From: Pelagomonas calceolata
Taxonomy: Eukaryota
Length of the DNA stretch: 64,000 bases
NCBI GenBank assembly: GCA_918797485.1
Contig: CAKKNE010000001.1
Coordinates: 5,890,001-5,954,000 of the forward strand
Direction of reading: 5' to 3'
The notes under the pieces are model-generated. The model saw only the letters and a list, made by a program, of their open reading frames with translations. It ran no database searches and was not told the DNA's origin. The first letter of the stretch is position 1. Every line of letters begins with the position of its first letter. A program made the translations under genes and the position numbers. Positions 49,683 to 59,467 of this stretch are shown one piece after another.

Positions 49683-49740
49683 TGTAATTACAGCGTAAAA
49701 GTAATTACAGAGTAATATTTTTTACAGCGTAATTACAGCA
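49683..49740. repeat. AT-rich short-repeat patch (gtaattacag x3) in a divergent intergenic region
   Basis: gtaattacag occurs three times plus ttacagcg within ~60 bp. The gtaattac core is palindromic. Confidence 0.7.
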
Positions 49741-49836
49741 ACGCTCGAGTCTTGCCCGCAGCACTGCACTAGTGCCAGCGGAGATTCACAGTGCAGCTGC
49801 AAGGGCTTGCGCAGCACGCCAGCGACGCGGCGATCT

Positions 49837-50718
49837 ATGCGATACGTAACGACATTCATCATGGCCTCGATGATGCGCGAAGCCCCCGCCCTAGCGGATA
49901 AGAAGCTCTACTCGGCGAGCGCGATGGCGACGGCGCAGATCGAGGGCAAGCAGCACTACGACGAATTGGAGCGGCAAGGCGTGTTAGGTATAGTTAGGAA
50001 AACAAGAATCCGAGGACGATTGGCCGACGGCGTGCCGATGCGGGAGGGCGAGAAGATGCTGCACCTCATAAGGCACGGCCAGGGCTTCCACAACTTGCTC
50101 GGGGATTTATATAGAGACTTCGGGAAGACGGTCGACAGCACGGGCGGTGATAAGTCAGGCAATCCTTATGTGAGACCGGAGATCGAGGACTCGCCCCTGA
50201 CTGCTGTTGGAAGGCAACAAGCCAAAGCCCTGAGGCCGACGACAAGAGCTTTGACGGGCATCGAGCTGGTTGTGTTGTCACCCTTACAACGGGCGGCCCA
50301 GACGGCCGCTTTAGCGATGCCTCATTTGAAAGATATAGTGCCGTGGATCGGCCACCCGTTGGTCCAGGAGACGTCGGGCGTGAACGTGTGCGATAGGCGA
50401 AGGGACCGGTCCGAGATCCAGGACGACTTCCCCTGGGTCGAGTGGGGCCGCCTCGATTCGGAGAAGGACGAGTTCTTCGACCCTGATGAAAGGGAGTCCG
50501 CCCGATCCGTCTCGGATCGGGGCTACGACTTCATGCGCTGGGTGCGGGCGCGACCGGAGTCCGAGATCATCGTGGCGACGCACTCGGCCTGGTTGTTCAC
50601 TTTGTTGAACACGGTGATCGAGGCCGACTCTTCTGATTTGTCCTCGTGGTTCCTCACGGGCGAGCTCCGGTCGGTGATCGTGTCCTTCGAGGACCGGGCG
50701 TCGCCCGACGAGCTCTAG
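49837..50718 (+). CDS. Histidine phosphatase / phosphoglycerate mutase family protein
   Basis: LIRHGQGFHN, DSPLT..GRQQA, SPLQRAAQT and VATHSAWL. Confidence 0.9.
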   Translation: MRYVTTFIMASMMREAPALADKKLYSASAMATAQIEGKQHYDELERQGVLGIVRKTRIRGRLADGVPMREGEKMLHLIRHGQGFHNLLGDLYRDFGKTVDSTGGDKSGNPYVRPEIEDSPLTAVGRQQAKALRPTTRALTGIELVVLSPLQRAAQTAALAMPHLKDIVPWIGHPLVQETSGVNVCDRRRDRSEIQDDFPWVEWGRLDSEKDEFFDPDERESARSVSDRGYDFMRWVRARPESEIIVATHSAWLFTLLNTVIEADSSDLSSWFLTGELRSVIVSFEDRASPDEL

Positions 50719-50796
50719 CTAGCTTAAGAAGTATGAATACGCATTAATGGAAGCTTCCTGGTGCCCATGCGACGCTGTGCTATGCGTTTCGGAAAA

Positions 50797-50820
50797 GCTA
50801 GTGGCCTTAAGACCGCTAGC
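50797..50820 (+). promoter_or_regulatory. CTAG-box upstream motif
   Basis: gctagtggccttaagaccgctagc. Shares gaaaagctagtggcctt with the 49631 copy. Confidence 0.55.
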
Positions 50821-51050
50821 AAACAGGCCGAATCGCAAAAAGTCGGCCTGACTGCCTGTATAGGGCACCTGAGTGGCCCAGGGCTACACAACTGGTTGCA
50901 TATATATCGCCCGCGACGCGGCGCTGCGGCGACGAGAATCGCTGACGCAGCTGCGCGCAGTTGTGCGAGCAGCGAGTTCCACCACCTGGCAAGGCTCAGC
51001 GACGCGCCTCGGACGACGCGCGGCGCACGGGACGCTAGAAACAACAAATT

Positions 51051-53567
51051 ATGGCGACCCTCGAGGACGCCGTCCGCTTCGACCGCGAGCTGCGGCCGCG
51101 CGCCTTGCCCGCGCTCCTCGGCGACTTCGGCCTCGGCCACCTCACGCACAAGCTGCAGGCGGCTGATTTAGACTTGCCGTCGGCGAAGCTACTCCAAAAG
51201 CACGACCTCGTCGAGCTGGGCATCCACGGCGATAGTGATAGGGAAGCGTTCTTGGAGCTGCTGAAGACGAGGGACGTCGGCGTCGTGGTGTGGTACCGCG
51301 AAGACCGGGGCATCGGCTTCGTGCGGCCGCTGGGGACGGATTTTGACGACGGGCTGTCGAACGTCTTCGTGGCCAGGGCGGATATCGTCCGAGGCGCCAA
51401 ATCTCTGAGGAGCGGCGTCTTCGTGTCCTACGTCGCCGACGCGGCGGACGGCGGTCCTAATGCTGTTGCCCGAGACTTACGCACATTGGGAACGCAAGTA
51501 CCATCACAACCTTCCGGGACCAAGGCGGCGGACTGGCGCTGCCCGTGCGGCGAGGTCAATTTCTCGCGGCGGTCGAGTTGTCGGCGGTGCGACGCTCCTA
51601 GGGTGGAGGGCGGGCCGGCGCTCTCGAAGACCGTGTTTGTTGGTTCATTAGGACCAGAAACTAAAGCCCCGGCCATCAAGCGCCACTTCGAAAGAGTTGT
51701 GGGCAAGGTTGTCGACTGCTCCGTCGTCCCGGGCAAGTATTATGGCTTCGTGACGTTCGAGACGGCGCAGCTGGCCGAAAAGGCTCTTGGGAAGCATGAT
51801 GTGGATGGGAGATTGTTAACGGTGAAGAAAGACACGCGGCCGCGGGACCCGAAGGGGTTGAGTGGTCTACCGCGCTCGCGAGAGGCGTCGGTGGACTACA
51901 CGCCGCCGCCGCCGCCGCCCCCTCCAAGGCCGAAAGTGGATATCGGCCCGCCGCCCGAGAACGCCTGGGGCGGTCCTCCCCGACAGTCACAGCCGCGGAC
52001 TCTAGGACGGTCCGAGCTCGTTGACGACGCGGCGCTGCGGGGTTTCGCGGACTTGATCGCGCGCGACGCGGGCGTGCCGTCGAACAACAACGGCTTGAAC
52101 GGCGGCACGCTGCCCGGCTGGGGCGCGGCGCCGGGCTTTGGGAGTGCGAGGGAGGAAGCTAGACCGTCGCTCGTCGACGCCCTGGGCGGCGTCGAGCTCG
52201 CGCCGGCGCCGGCGTCGGCGGGCTTCTTCGGGAACGGGCTCGGCGGGCTGAACGCGCTGGCCGCCGCGCCGGCGCCGCCGCCCGGCATGGCTCAACCTCC
52301 TGTAGATTCTCGATCTTTGCAGGAAAAGATGCAGGACGCGATCAAGCGCCAGGACCGCGAGGCGATCCGCGCCTTGATGGCCGGCCGCGATATTGGGGAG
52401 GACGAGGCCGAAAAGCGACGCAAGGAGGAGCTGGAGCGGCGCGAAAATGCTTTACGGGAAGCGGAAAATCAAAGGCGGCGCCAGGAGGCCGAAGAGTTAC
52501 AAAGGCGCCAAGCCGCGGAGCGCGAGGCGCAACTGCGCGCCGCGGAACAGGCCGCGCGCGAGGCGGCGCTGCGCGAAGCTCGCGAGCAGCGCGAGGCGGC
52601 TTTACGCGCGCGGGAAGCCGAGGCCGCGCGCCTCGAGCAGACCGCGCGCGACGAGGCGGCGTCGTTAGCGCTCGCGCGGCGCATGCTCGCCGACGACGAG
52701 GCGGCCCTGCAAGCGCGGGCGAACGCGCCGTCACAGCCCTTCGCGACCGTGTCAAACGTCAGAGCGCCGCAGAAGCTGCCCTCGACCAAAAACGAAAAGG
52801 GCTCGGCCTACGATCCAACGCCGTCGGCGCCGGAAGTGAAAAGACGCGTCGACGCCTTTCTACGGGCGAAGAACATTGATTCGAGAGCGTGTGCCAAAAT
52901 GCGCGGCCTCAAGGCGAGCGACCAGATCCGACTCCTCAGAAGGTTGGAGGCGCGACCGGTCGATAGCGCCGTCGTCATGGCCGCGGCGACGCGGGGCGAC
53001 GACTTCGCGGCGACGGCGGCCGAACTGGACGTCTTGCCTTCGCTCGCTCTGCGCAAGTCCGCCGATAGACTCGCTTTGACGTCTGCTGCTGTTGCTTTAC
53101 TCGCGACGCTCGCCCCGAAGGACCAGGACCGGGTCGCGGCGTCCTTCGACTCGCCCAATGGATTGCGCGGTCTCCGGAACGTCGAGGGCTTCGTGCGGGC
53201 CTGCTTCGTGGGCGACAAGCAAATTAAGAACCGGGCCGCATCCGCCGCGGCGCGCTTGATCGCCGCGGGCGGGCCGCCGCCCCGTCGGGAGGAGAAGGCT
53301 TCTGTTACAGTCACGAAGACGGCGGACACGTCCCCCGAGTCCGTCGCGCCGACGCTGAAAGCGCTGCGCGCGTGGCTCGGGACACGACCGGAAGGTAGAA
53401 TGCGCTCGGGCGAGATCGACCGCTTCTTCAATGCTCATAGGGGACTACCAAAACCTAGAGGCATCAAGTGGCTCGACCAGTACCTCAAGCAGTACGGCAT
53501 GCGCAAGCGCGATTCCGGAAATAGAAGCTACTTCTTCATCGAGGTCGCGGACGGCTCGGCGCAGTGA
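51051..53567 (+). CDS. RNA-binding protein: SAM + cold-shock domain + RanBP2 zinc finger + RRM + coiled coil
   Basis: SAM: DLVELGIH...RE. CSD: GVVVWY...GIGFV...VFV. RanBP2 finger: DWRCPCGEVNFSRRSSCRRC. RRM: VFVGSL and YGFVTF. Confidence 0.85.
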   Translation: MATLEDAVRFDRELRPRALPALLGDFGLGHLTHKLQAADLDLPSAKLLQKHDLVELGIHGDSDREAFLELLKTRDVGVVVWYREDRGIGFVRPLGTDFDDGLSNVFVARADIVRGAKSLRSGVFVSYVADAADGGPNAVARDLRTLGTQVPSQPSGTKAADWRCPCGEVNFSRRSSCRRCDAPRVEGGPALSKTVFVGSLGPETKAPAIKRHFERVVGKVVDCSVVPGKYYGFVTFETAQLAEKALGKHDVDGRLLTVKKDTRPRDPKGLSGLPRSREASVDYTPPPPPPPPRPKVDIGPPPENAWGGPPRQSQPRTLGRSELVDDAALRGFADLIARDAGVPSNNNGLNGGTLPGWGAAPGFGSAREEARPSLVDALGGVELAPAPASAGFFGNGLGGLNALAAAPAPPPGMAQPPVDSRSLQEKMQDAIKRQDREAIRALMAGRDIGEDEAEKRRKEELERRENALREAENQRRRQEAEELQRRQAAEREAQLRAAEQAAREAALREAREQREAALRAREAEAARLEQTARDEAASLALARRMLADDEAALQARANAPSQPFATVSNVRAPQKLPSTKNEKGSAYDPTPSAPEVKRRVDAFLRAKNIDSRACAKMRGLKASDQIRLLRRLEARPVDSAVVMAAATRGDDFAATAAELDVLPSLALRKSADRLALTSAAVALLATLAPKDQDRVAASFDSPNGLRGLRNVEGFVRACFVGDKQIKNRAASAAARLIAAGGPPPRREEKASVTVTKTADTSPESVAPTLKALRAWLGTRPEGRMRSGEIDRFFNAHRGLPKPRGIKWLDQYLKQYGMRKRDSGNRSYFFIEVADGSAQ

Positions 53568-53749
53568 CAATTCAGCACCCTTATCGGATATTAGTGTACT
53601 AATGAATACGAATCTACGTCTATGACTCGTTGTAGTTGTGTTTTCTTACTACGAGTCGTTGTTGGCTTTCGCGCGGCCGTGTTGGCCCGCGGGTCGCGCG
53701 GTGTCCCCCTCTGCTCGATGGGTGGCGACTCACTGGTTGATTTCCACAG

Positions 53750-53970
53750 GTGCGGACAAACGAGTGCCCCTGCTGCCTCGAGCGAGACCGGGACACGGCG
53801 TGCGTGCCCTGCGGCCATACCATGTGCAGCCATTGTGTCGGCCAGTTCGTGGGAAAGGAGTGCCCCGTCTGCCGCGAGGAGGTCAAGGCGACGATGAAGG
53901 CGCGAGCGCGGCGTCCTTTCTTTCCTGGGGGTCGCGGTGATGGCGTCGAGCGCAGGTTTTCCTCTCCTGA
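53750..53970 (+). pseudogene. Terminal exons of a C3HC4 RING gene with no evident 5' part; GC-AG intron 53900-53955
   Basis: Acceptor ttgatttccacag at 53749. CPCCLERDRDTACVPCGHTMCSHC...CPVCREEVKATMK, then VFLS* after removing gcgcgagc...gagcgcag. Confidence 0.6.
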
Positions 53971-54084
53971 GCCGTCACCACACGAAGAAGAACCTCCGCG
54001 TTTCCTGCCGAACGAGCCCTACAAGCTGTAGCTCCCCGGCCCGACGCGCGGAACCGAACCCCCCCCCCTACTCGTCTGTCACCT

Positions 54085-54771
54085 GTGCTACACCCCACGT
54101 GTACAAGTGCTTTTCTCCATTCTCTCTGGGGTCGCGTCGATGGCGTCCTTGTGGACACGACCGCGAGCCGGCCGCCTAGCAAAAACGCGCAAGGATTCTA
54201 TCAGGAGGATTTAACGAACCGTTTGTTAACTCGGGGCTGCCTCGCCTCGTGCTGCAGCAAACTCGGGTGGCAGACCGATGTAATTTACGAGGATGATGAA
54301 AAGAAGAGCGAAAGCGGGCTCATGGTTTGTCGCGCGGTGTTCGAATTAGCCGTCGACCACGTCCCGACGGAGGACATCAGGCACGTATTGGCCTTGGGAC
54401 TTGCGGAGTGCTTGCTGGCGGAGCACTGGGTCGAGGAAGCCTTGCGTCATTTAAGAGAGGAGACCGTCTTGGCGGAGGATGCACTCGGGAGCGACCACGC
54501 GACTACAATCAACTTCCACTTTCAGCTCGCGCAAGCCGTTTACAAATTACACTTCTTCGGCCACGATGGATACCGCCGCCTCCTAGCTGGTTCCATCGAA
54601 ATGCATAGAGCTATGCACGTGGATTCCGCGCGCGTCCTCGGCTTCGATCACCCGTTAACGCGCAAGATCGCTGCTTCATTTTTGAAGTGTTTCGATGAGC
54701 AGCTCGACTGGAGCCTCGACGATATACCGAGCAAGTATCTCGCGTATCGCGCGAATCTACTAGGGGACTAA
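54085..54771 (+). CDS. TPR-like helical-repeat protein or fragment related to the tail of 8942-10060
   Basis: ALGSDHATT and VLGFDHPLTR repeats. The 5' structure is unclear, with a probable intron near 54107-54190 and no clear ATG. Confidence 0.45.
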   Translation: MLHPTCTSAFLHSLWGRVDGVLVDTTASRPPSKNAQGFYQEDLTNRLLTRGCLASCCSKLGWQTDVIYEDDEKKSESGLMVCRAVFELAVDHVPTEDIRHVLALGLAECLLAEHWVEEALRHLREETVLAEDALGSDHATTINFHFQLAQAVYKLHFFGHDGYRRLLAGSIEMHRAMHVDSARVLGFDHPLTRKIAASFLKCFDEQLDWSLDDIPSKYLAYRANLLGD

Positions 54772-54785
54772 GTCACAACCTTCTT

Positions 54786-55673
54786 TTAGATAATCTTCTT
54801 CGCACTGTTCATGTACGGCCGCAGGACCCACTCCACGTCCGCGTCGGCTTGATCCAATGTCCCGAGCTTGATCATGTACGGCCGCATCTCGAAGCGCGGG
54901 CCCAGTTCCTTCAACTCGACCTCCTTGCCCTCCCGCGACGCGGCGTGGTGGCGGAAGCTGATACGGTCCTCGGCGTTATAGAACGTGCACAGGCGCTCGT
55001 GGCCTTCACTTTTGGGCACCGGGAATAAACAAGTGAGCACGGTCTTCAGGCGCCGTGCGAGAGGTTTCGTTTCATCAAAATCGTGGAAGATGAGATGGGG
55101 CGCGATGTCCGACGAGTATTTGGGCGGCGTGTCGACGTCGTGCCTCAGTACACAGTTCTCGAGGGTGAAATAGGTGGTGGGTCCGAGCGGCAGGTGGCAC
55201 ACGACCAACCCGTCGGGCTGGCCCCGCGTCTCGTGCACCAGTATCAAGTCCGTGAACTCGCCTCGCCGAGTAGCCTCTACCAAAGCTGAGACGCGCGCAT
55301 TGCCGCGGTTGACTCGCGTGCTATTCGGAAGCATGTGTTTCAATTCTTTGGCGAACTGCTTCAAACGGGACGAGGGATCGCGCGACGTCGACACGCAGAC
55401 TTTGGCCTGGCGTTCTCCGGTCAAAGAGCGCGCGTATTCATCATCGAGCATGCCAGGCGCGCGGTTCAGCGGGCCGCCTCGACTAGGGTCCAGCTCGTCC
55501 AGTCTTCGTAACTCCGCCTCCTCATCTCTGAGTTCGGTTGGGATGGGCTTGCCCGCGGCCAGCGCCTCGGCGACTTTCCTCTTCTTCTCATAGACCTCCT
55601 TCTCGCGGCCCTCGAGGCTCCGTCTGTAAAGGTACTCCCTCCGCAATCGGACCTGGCGGCGCGACAGGGACAT
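54786..55673 (-). CDS. IMP4: U3 snoRNP protein IMP4 (Brix domain)
   Basis: RRQVRLRREYLYR, DDEY, TSRDPSSRLKQFAKEL, HETRGQPDGL..CHLP.GPT and ELGPRFEMRPYMI. Confidence 0.95.
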   Translation of the reverse strand: MSLSRRQVRLRREYLYRRSLEGREKEVYEKKRKVAEALAAGKPIPTELRDEEAELRRLDELDPSRGGPLNRAPGMLDDEYARSLTGERQAKVCVSTSRDPSSRLKQFAKELKHMLPNSTRVNRGNARVSALVEATRRGEFTDLILVHETRGQPDGLVVCHLPLGPTTYFTLENCVLRHDVDTPPKYSSDIAPHLIFHDFDETKPLARRLKTVLTCLFPVPKSEGHERLCTFYNAEDRISFRHHAASREGKEVELKELGPRFEMRPYMIKLGTLDQADADVEWVLRPYMNSAKKII

Positions 55674-56074
55674 GGTCGCTGCTGTCTCGTCGACGGCGTC
55701 GAGAGCACTTGGGCTGGCGAGGGCTGCAAATGTGCGGACTAGCCTAACGCAAGCGCTTTTCGTGCACGGACCGTCAGAAGGGGTATGAATGCTAAGTAAT
55801 GCGGCGTTGGGAGAGCCAGCGGTTCGCTGTGAGGGCGATGCGCCGCTAGTTGCATCGATAGCGCACGCTAGGTATGGGTGCTAGGGCGCTCAAGCCGCTC
55901 AACTCGCGCAGCGCTCGTCTACGCGGCCGCCAGCGCTCACGGGAGCTAGATCTGACTATTTCAACGCCGCCTCGTCCACTACGCTGTCACCGCTGTCGCC
56001 GCTCGCCGCACGGCAGTCCCACCGCTTGCAGCCTCACGCAGCCGACGCGGCGACGCGGCGCGAAGAACAAAGCG

Positions 56075-56602
56075 ATGGTCGTCCGCATCCGCCTCGCGCG
56101 CTTCGGCAGAAAACATAGACCATTCTACCGCATCGTCGTCGCCGACGCGCGGTCGCCACGCGACGGCCGCCACCTCGAGCGCGTCGGGACGTATGATCCT
56201 TTACCTGGCAAGGACGGCATCAAAGAGGTGCGGTTGAGAGCAGATAGGATCCGCTACTGGATGGCCTGCGGCGCGCAGCCCACCTCGAAAGTCGCGTGGC
56301 TCCTCGGCAAGGCGGGCATCCTGCCCGAGCAGCCGCGGCCGGAGCCGGTCGTCGCGCCGGAGCCCGCCGCGGCCGCGCCGGCGGCCGAGGCGGCGCCAGC
56401 GGCCGACGCACCCGATGCCGCGCCGGCGCTGGCTGCCGAGGCGGTCGCTGCCGTGCCGCCGGCGCCGGCGGTCGACGCCCCGGCGCAGACGCGCGCGTTT
56501 TCGTCGCGGCGACGGCTCGTGCCGCTCGTTGGCGCAGTCGGCGTCTTTCGGAGCGACGTCGTACGGCGCATCGCGGACGATGATCTAGACCCGTGTGATT
56601 AA
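56075..56602 (+). CDS. RPS16: Organellar (probably mitochondrial) ribosomal protein S16, nucleus-encoded
   Basis: MVVRIRLARFGRKHRPFYRIVVADARSPRDGRHLERVGTYDP...YW...GAQPT, followed by an Ala/Pro-rich extension. Confidence 0.92.
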   Translation: MVVRIRLARFGRKHRPFYRIVVADARSPRDGRHLERVGTYDPLPGKDGIKEVRLRADRIRYWMACGAQPTSKVAWLLGKAGILPEQPRPEPVVAPEPAAAAPAAEAAPAADAPDAAPALAAEAVAAVPPAPAVDAPAQTRAFSSRRRLVPLVGAVGVFRSDVVRRIADDDLDPCD

Positions 56603-56674
56603 CAAGTGAAATACTCCTTCGGAGCGACGTCGCACGGCGTCGCCGACGACGACGGCCTAGATAACATGTGAAAC

Positions 56675-57027
56675 TTACTTCTTGAGGTAGTTCGTGTTCG
56701 AGTACGGCAGCGCCGGCGTCTCGATGCCCTGCTCCGCGAGGCGCGGCTGGACTTGCGAGACGTAGATCTGCGTGTTTGGGGTCGGTGCATTGTCTCTCGG
56801 GCGCGTCGATGGCGTACTACGCGCGTTGATTTATCTACGCGGGCGCGGACGTCGTCTCCAACGGCAATTAGGGGCCAGATGAGCAGCGCGAGAGGAATGC
56901 CCTTCTTCTTGGCCACGGCCTCGCCCTCCTTCTCGGCTCTGACGACGTGTTGTGGCCTCGCGGGCGCGACCGGTGCGACAAAGGCAGTGCTGCCGGAAAG
57001 CATCATCAGTGGGAGGAGCCAGCGCAT
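56675..57027 (-). CDS. Small putative plastid membrane protein (2 exons, 89 aa)
   Basis: Signal peptide plus AFVAP motif and one TM segment. A GT-AG intron at 56768-56850 gives ...IAVGDD-IYVSQVQPRLAEQGIETPALPYSNTNYLKK*. Confidence 0.75.
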
Positions 57028-57143
57028 GATACCACTACAGAAGCGCTTCGACGGGCTGTCGCAGTACTAAGGACGTCTTCTCGTGGCCCTTGTTTCAGCC
57101 AAACGGCAGTCCTTTGGCTTGCAAAGCTGTGAGAGCGTGCTGG

Positions 57144-57166
57144 CTAGTGTCTTACTGGACGCTAGC
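57144..57166 (+). promoter_or_regulatory. CTAG-box upstream motif
   Basis: ctagtgtcttactggacgctagc in a divergent intergenic region. Confidence 0.6.
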
Positions 57167-57424
57167 TCGACTTTCCCGCAATTTTTTGCAGCACGCCTTA
57201 AGTCACACGCGCTGGCAGTCCACGATTCGCGAGCAGTTCGCAGGGGCCTCCCTCATACCACTACTGTACAAATTTCGTGACTCCGAGCCACCGCAGCGCG
57301 CACAAGCCACACTAATAAGCACTTGCCTGTCAGAGCAGCAGCGCATCAGCGAGCACACAACAAAGCACACACTCTCAGAGCAGCTCGGACGCCACCGCAG
57401 CGCGCACAGAACACGACGAGCACC

Positions 57425-58360
57425 ATGGGCGCAGACGCGCACCCCGTCGCGTGCACCCGCCACTGCCAGCACTTCCGCCAGCACAATTCGTTAAGGACGA
57501 TCGCGGCGGTGGGTGATTCCATCACGTACGGCACCTGTGCGAGTGACCGAGCGCGGACGGCCTGGCCCGCGCAATTGCAACGGGGCTACCTCTGGCAGGA
57601 CCCGACGGTCCGCGTCCTGAATTTCGGCGCTTCGGGGCGGACCATGACCAGGAGTGGCGACAACCCCTACTGGGACGACCCTGAATTTAACAGAGCAAAA
57701 GCTTCGAAGGCGGACGCCTTCGTGATTGGCCTCGGCACGAACGACGCGAAGCACTACAACTGGGACCGTCAGGCTTTTGAGCAGGATTATAGGGACATGG
57801 TCTCCATTTTCCAGGGCTTGGACGCCGAGGTTTACTTGGTCGTGCCGCCTCCTCTCTACGAAGACGGCGCCTACGACATGAACGCCACGGTCATCAATCA
57901 TATCTTTCCTTCCTTAATACCGCAGATAGCGAACGAGACGGGCGCGACGGGCGTCATTGATGTTTTTGATGCGTTGGGCGGCTCGGCGCTAAACGCGCCA
58001 GAGTTATTTTGTGATTACCAGTCGTGCGACGCCTGCCACCCGAACGACGCGGGGTATGATAGATTGGCCGGTGCTGTTTTTCGGTCGTTGTTCTACCGGC
58101 CAGACCTGCCTTTGCTAGCGGGCGAGGTCATCAACCCGCCCCTGAACGCGCCTGAAGTGGTCGCCGAGTGGAAGCCGCCGGCGTCCTTCTACCTCGCGAT
58201 GGCGCCTGCCATCGCTTTGGCGGTCGTCGTCGCGAACCTGTGCCTCGGCGTCTTCTGGACGTGCTATCACACGGCGCGCGCGTGCGGCGGGCCGCAGCGG
58301 GGACGGCCCTACAACAGCGCACCGGCGTCCGACATCGGGTCGGACATCGAGCTCGCGTAG
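57425..58360 (+). CDS. SGNH/GDSL esterase with C-terminal TM anchor
   Basis: Blocks VGDSITYG, NFGASG, GLGTND and DACHPN, then a hydrophobic C-terminal helix. Confidence 0.9.
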   Translation: MGADAHPVACTRHCQHFRQHNSLRTIAAVGDSITYGTCASDRARTAWPAQLQRGYLWQDPTVRVLNFGASGRTMTRSGDNPYWDDPEFNRAKASKADAFVIGLGTNDAKHYNWDRQAFEQDYRDMVSIFQGLDAEVYLVVPPPLYEDGAYDMNATVINHIFPSLIPQIANETGATGVIDVFDALGGSALNAPELFCDYQSCDACHPNDAGYDRLAGAVFRSLFYRPDLPLLAGEVINPPLNAPEVVAEWKPPASFYLAMAPAIALAVVVANLCLGVFWTCYHTARACGGPQRGRPYNSAPASDIGSDIELA

Positions 58361-58557
58361 TTTTCTCTAAGTATTGGTATGTTGACGCTAGTGTGTCTCG
58401 ACACAATAGCTTTATCCGCTCTCCGTGACACGACTTTGCAACCGGTTTGCAAGCTCAGCCAAGCCTTGCATTGCAACGAAGTTGCATCGGCAGCAACGGA
58501 CTACATCAGAACTGCGCCGCACTGCAGCAGAGTGCACCAGGGCAAGCAAAAATAAGG

Positions 58558-59430
58558 ATGCAGCCTGTCATCCCTGCACTACTGCTGTCTGCAGCTGCCG
58601 CATTCAGCCCCAAGGATGCGGCGGCACCGCTGTTCGCCGCCCAGCAAGCGGCCCTGGCCAAGATCCAAGCCGCTTTACCATTAGACGCCAAGACCTACCC
58701 CGCGGACCTCGGCCTCGACACGTTCACGACCAGCAATGGCGGCGCCGGCGCGATGCAGTCCTGGGAGGCGCCGGGCCCGGCGAACATCGCCTGGGTCAGC
58801 GATTTACGGATTGAGGGCCCGACGACGGTCGCTTCATTAACGGTCTGGTGCGCGCCGCTGAAGGACGTGCCGCACCTCTGCGTGAGGACGACGGCGACGG
58901 ACGCGGGCGTGGATGTATTGATGGACTTCCGGCCTAGAGCTGCCGTGGGCTACGAGACGATGCTCGAGGACGGGAGCTACCCCGAGCCCGACTCGCGCGA
59001 AGCTTTCATGAACAAGGGCAATCGCGCGGACCTGGACAAGCGCTACTACGACGGCGTCCGGGACCTCTGCGCGTCGGTGGGCGGCGACGCGGCGCCGGCG
59101 GGTTCCTTAGCCGACCTGAAGAAGCAGGCGGCGTCGCCGGTTGCTGTGGACGCGCGCCTGCCGGCCGACGACGCGTCCGTCGCGAAGGCCGCGGCTTTGT
59201 ACGAGCCGGCCGTCGACGCCTTTTTGGGATGGTGCGCCGACGACCAGCACGAGCTCAAGCCCGGCATGCAGGTCACGTCGACCTACGCCAGGGACACGAA
59301 GGTGCGCGCGAACAACTACGGCATCCTCGCGGACTACTACGGCGAGCTGTTCGGCAAGGACGAGGGCGCGAACATCGCGGCCGGCGACGCCGGGCCGCTC
59401 GACGAGGCGTACGTCGGGGGCGCGAGCTAG
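58558..59430 (+). CDS. Putative plastid-targeted RCCR-like / ferredoxin-dependent bilin reductase family protein
   Basis: Signal ending AAAAF. DVPHL, LMDFRPR, YY, SP and YARD pattern resembles red chlorophyll catabolite reductase. Confidence 0.6.
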   Translation: MQPVIPALLLSAAAAFSPKDAAAPLFAAQQAALAKIQAALPLDAKTYPADLGLDTFTTSNGGAGAMQSWEAPGPANIAWVSDLRIEGPTTVASLTVWCAPLKDVPHLCVRTTATDAGVDVLMDFRPRAAVGYETMLEDGSYPEPDSREAFMNKGNRADLDKRYYDGVRDLCASVGGDAAPAGSLADLKKQAASPVAVDARLPADDASVAKAAALYEPAVDAFLGWCADDQHELKPGMQVTSTYARDTKVRANNYGILADYYGELFGKDEGANIAAGDAGPLDEAYVGGAS

Positions 59431-59467
59431 AGCGTCGTGATAATTGGTAGGTTTAGGACAAAAAATC

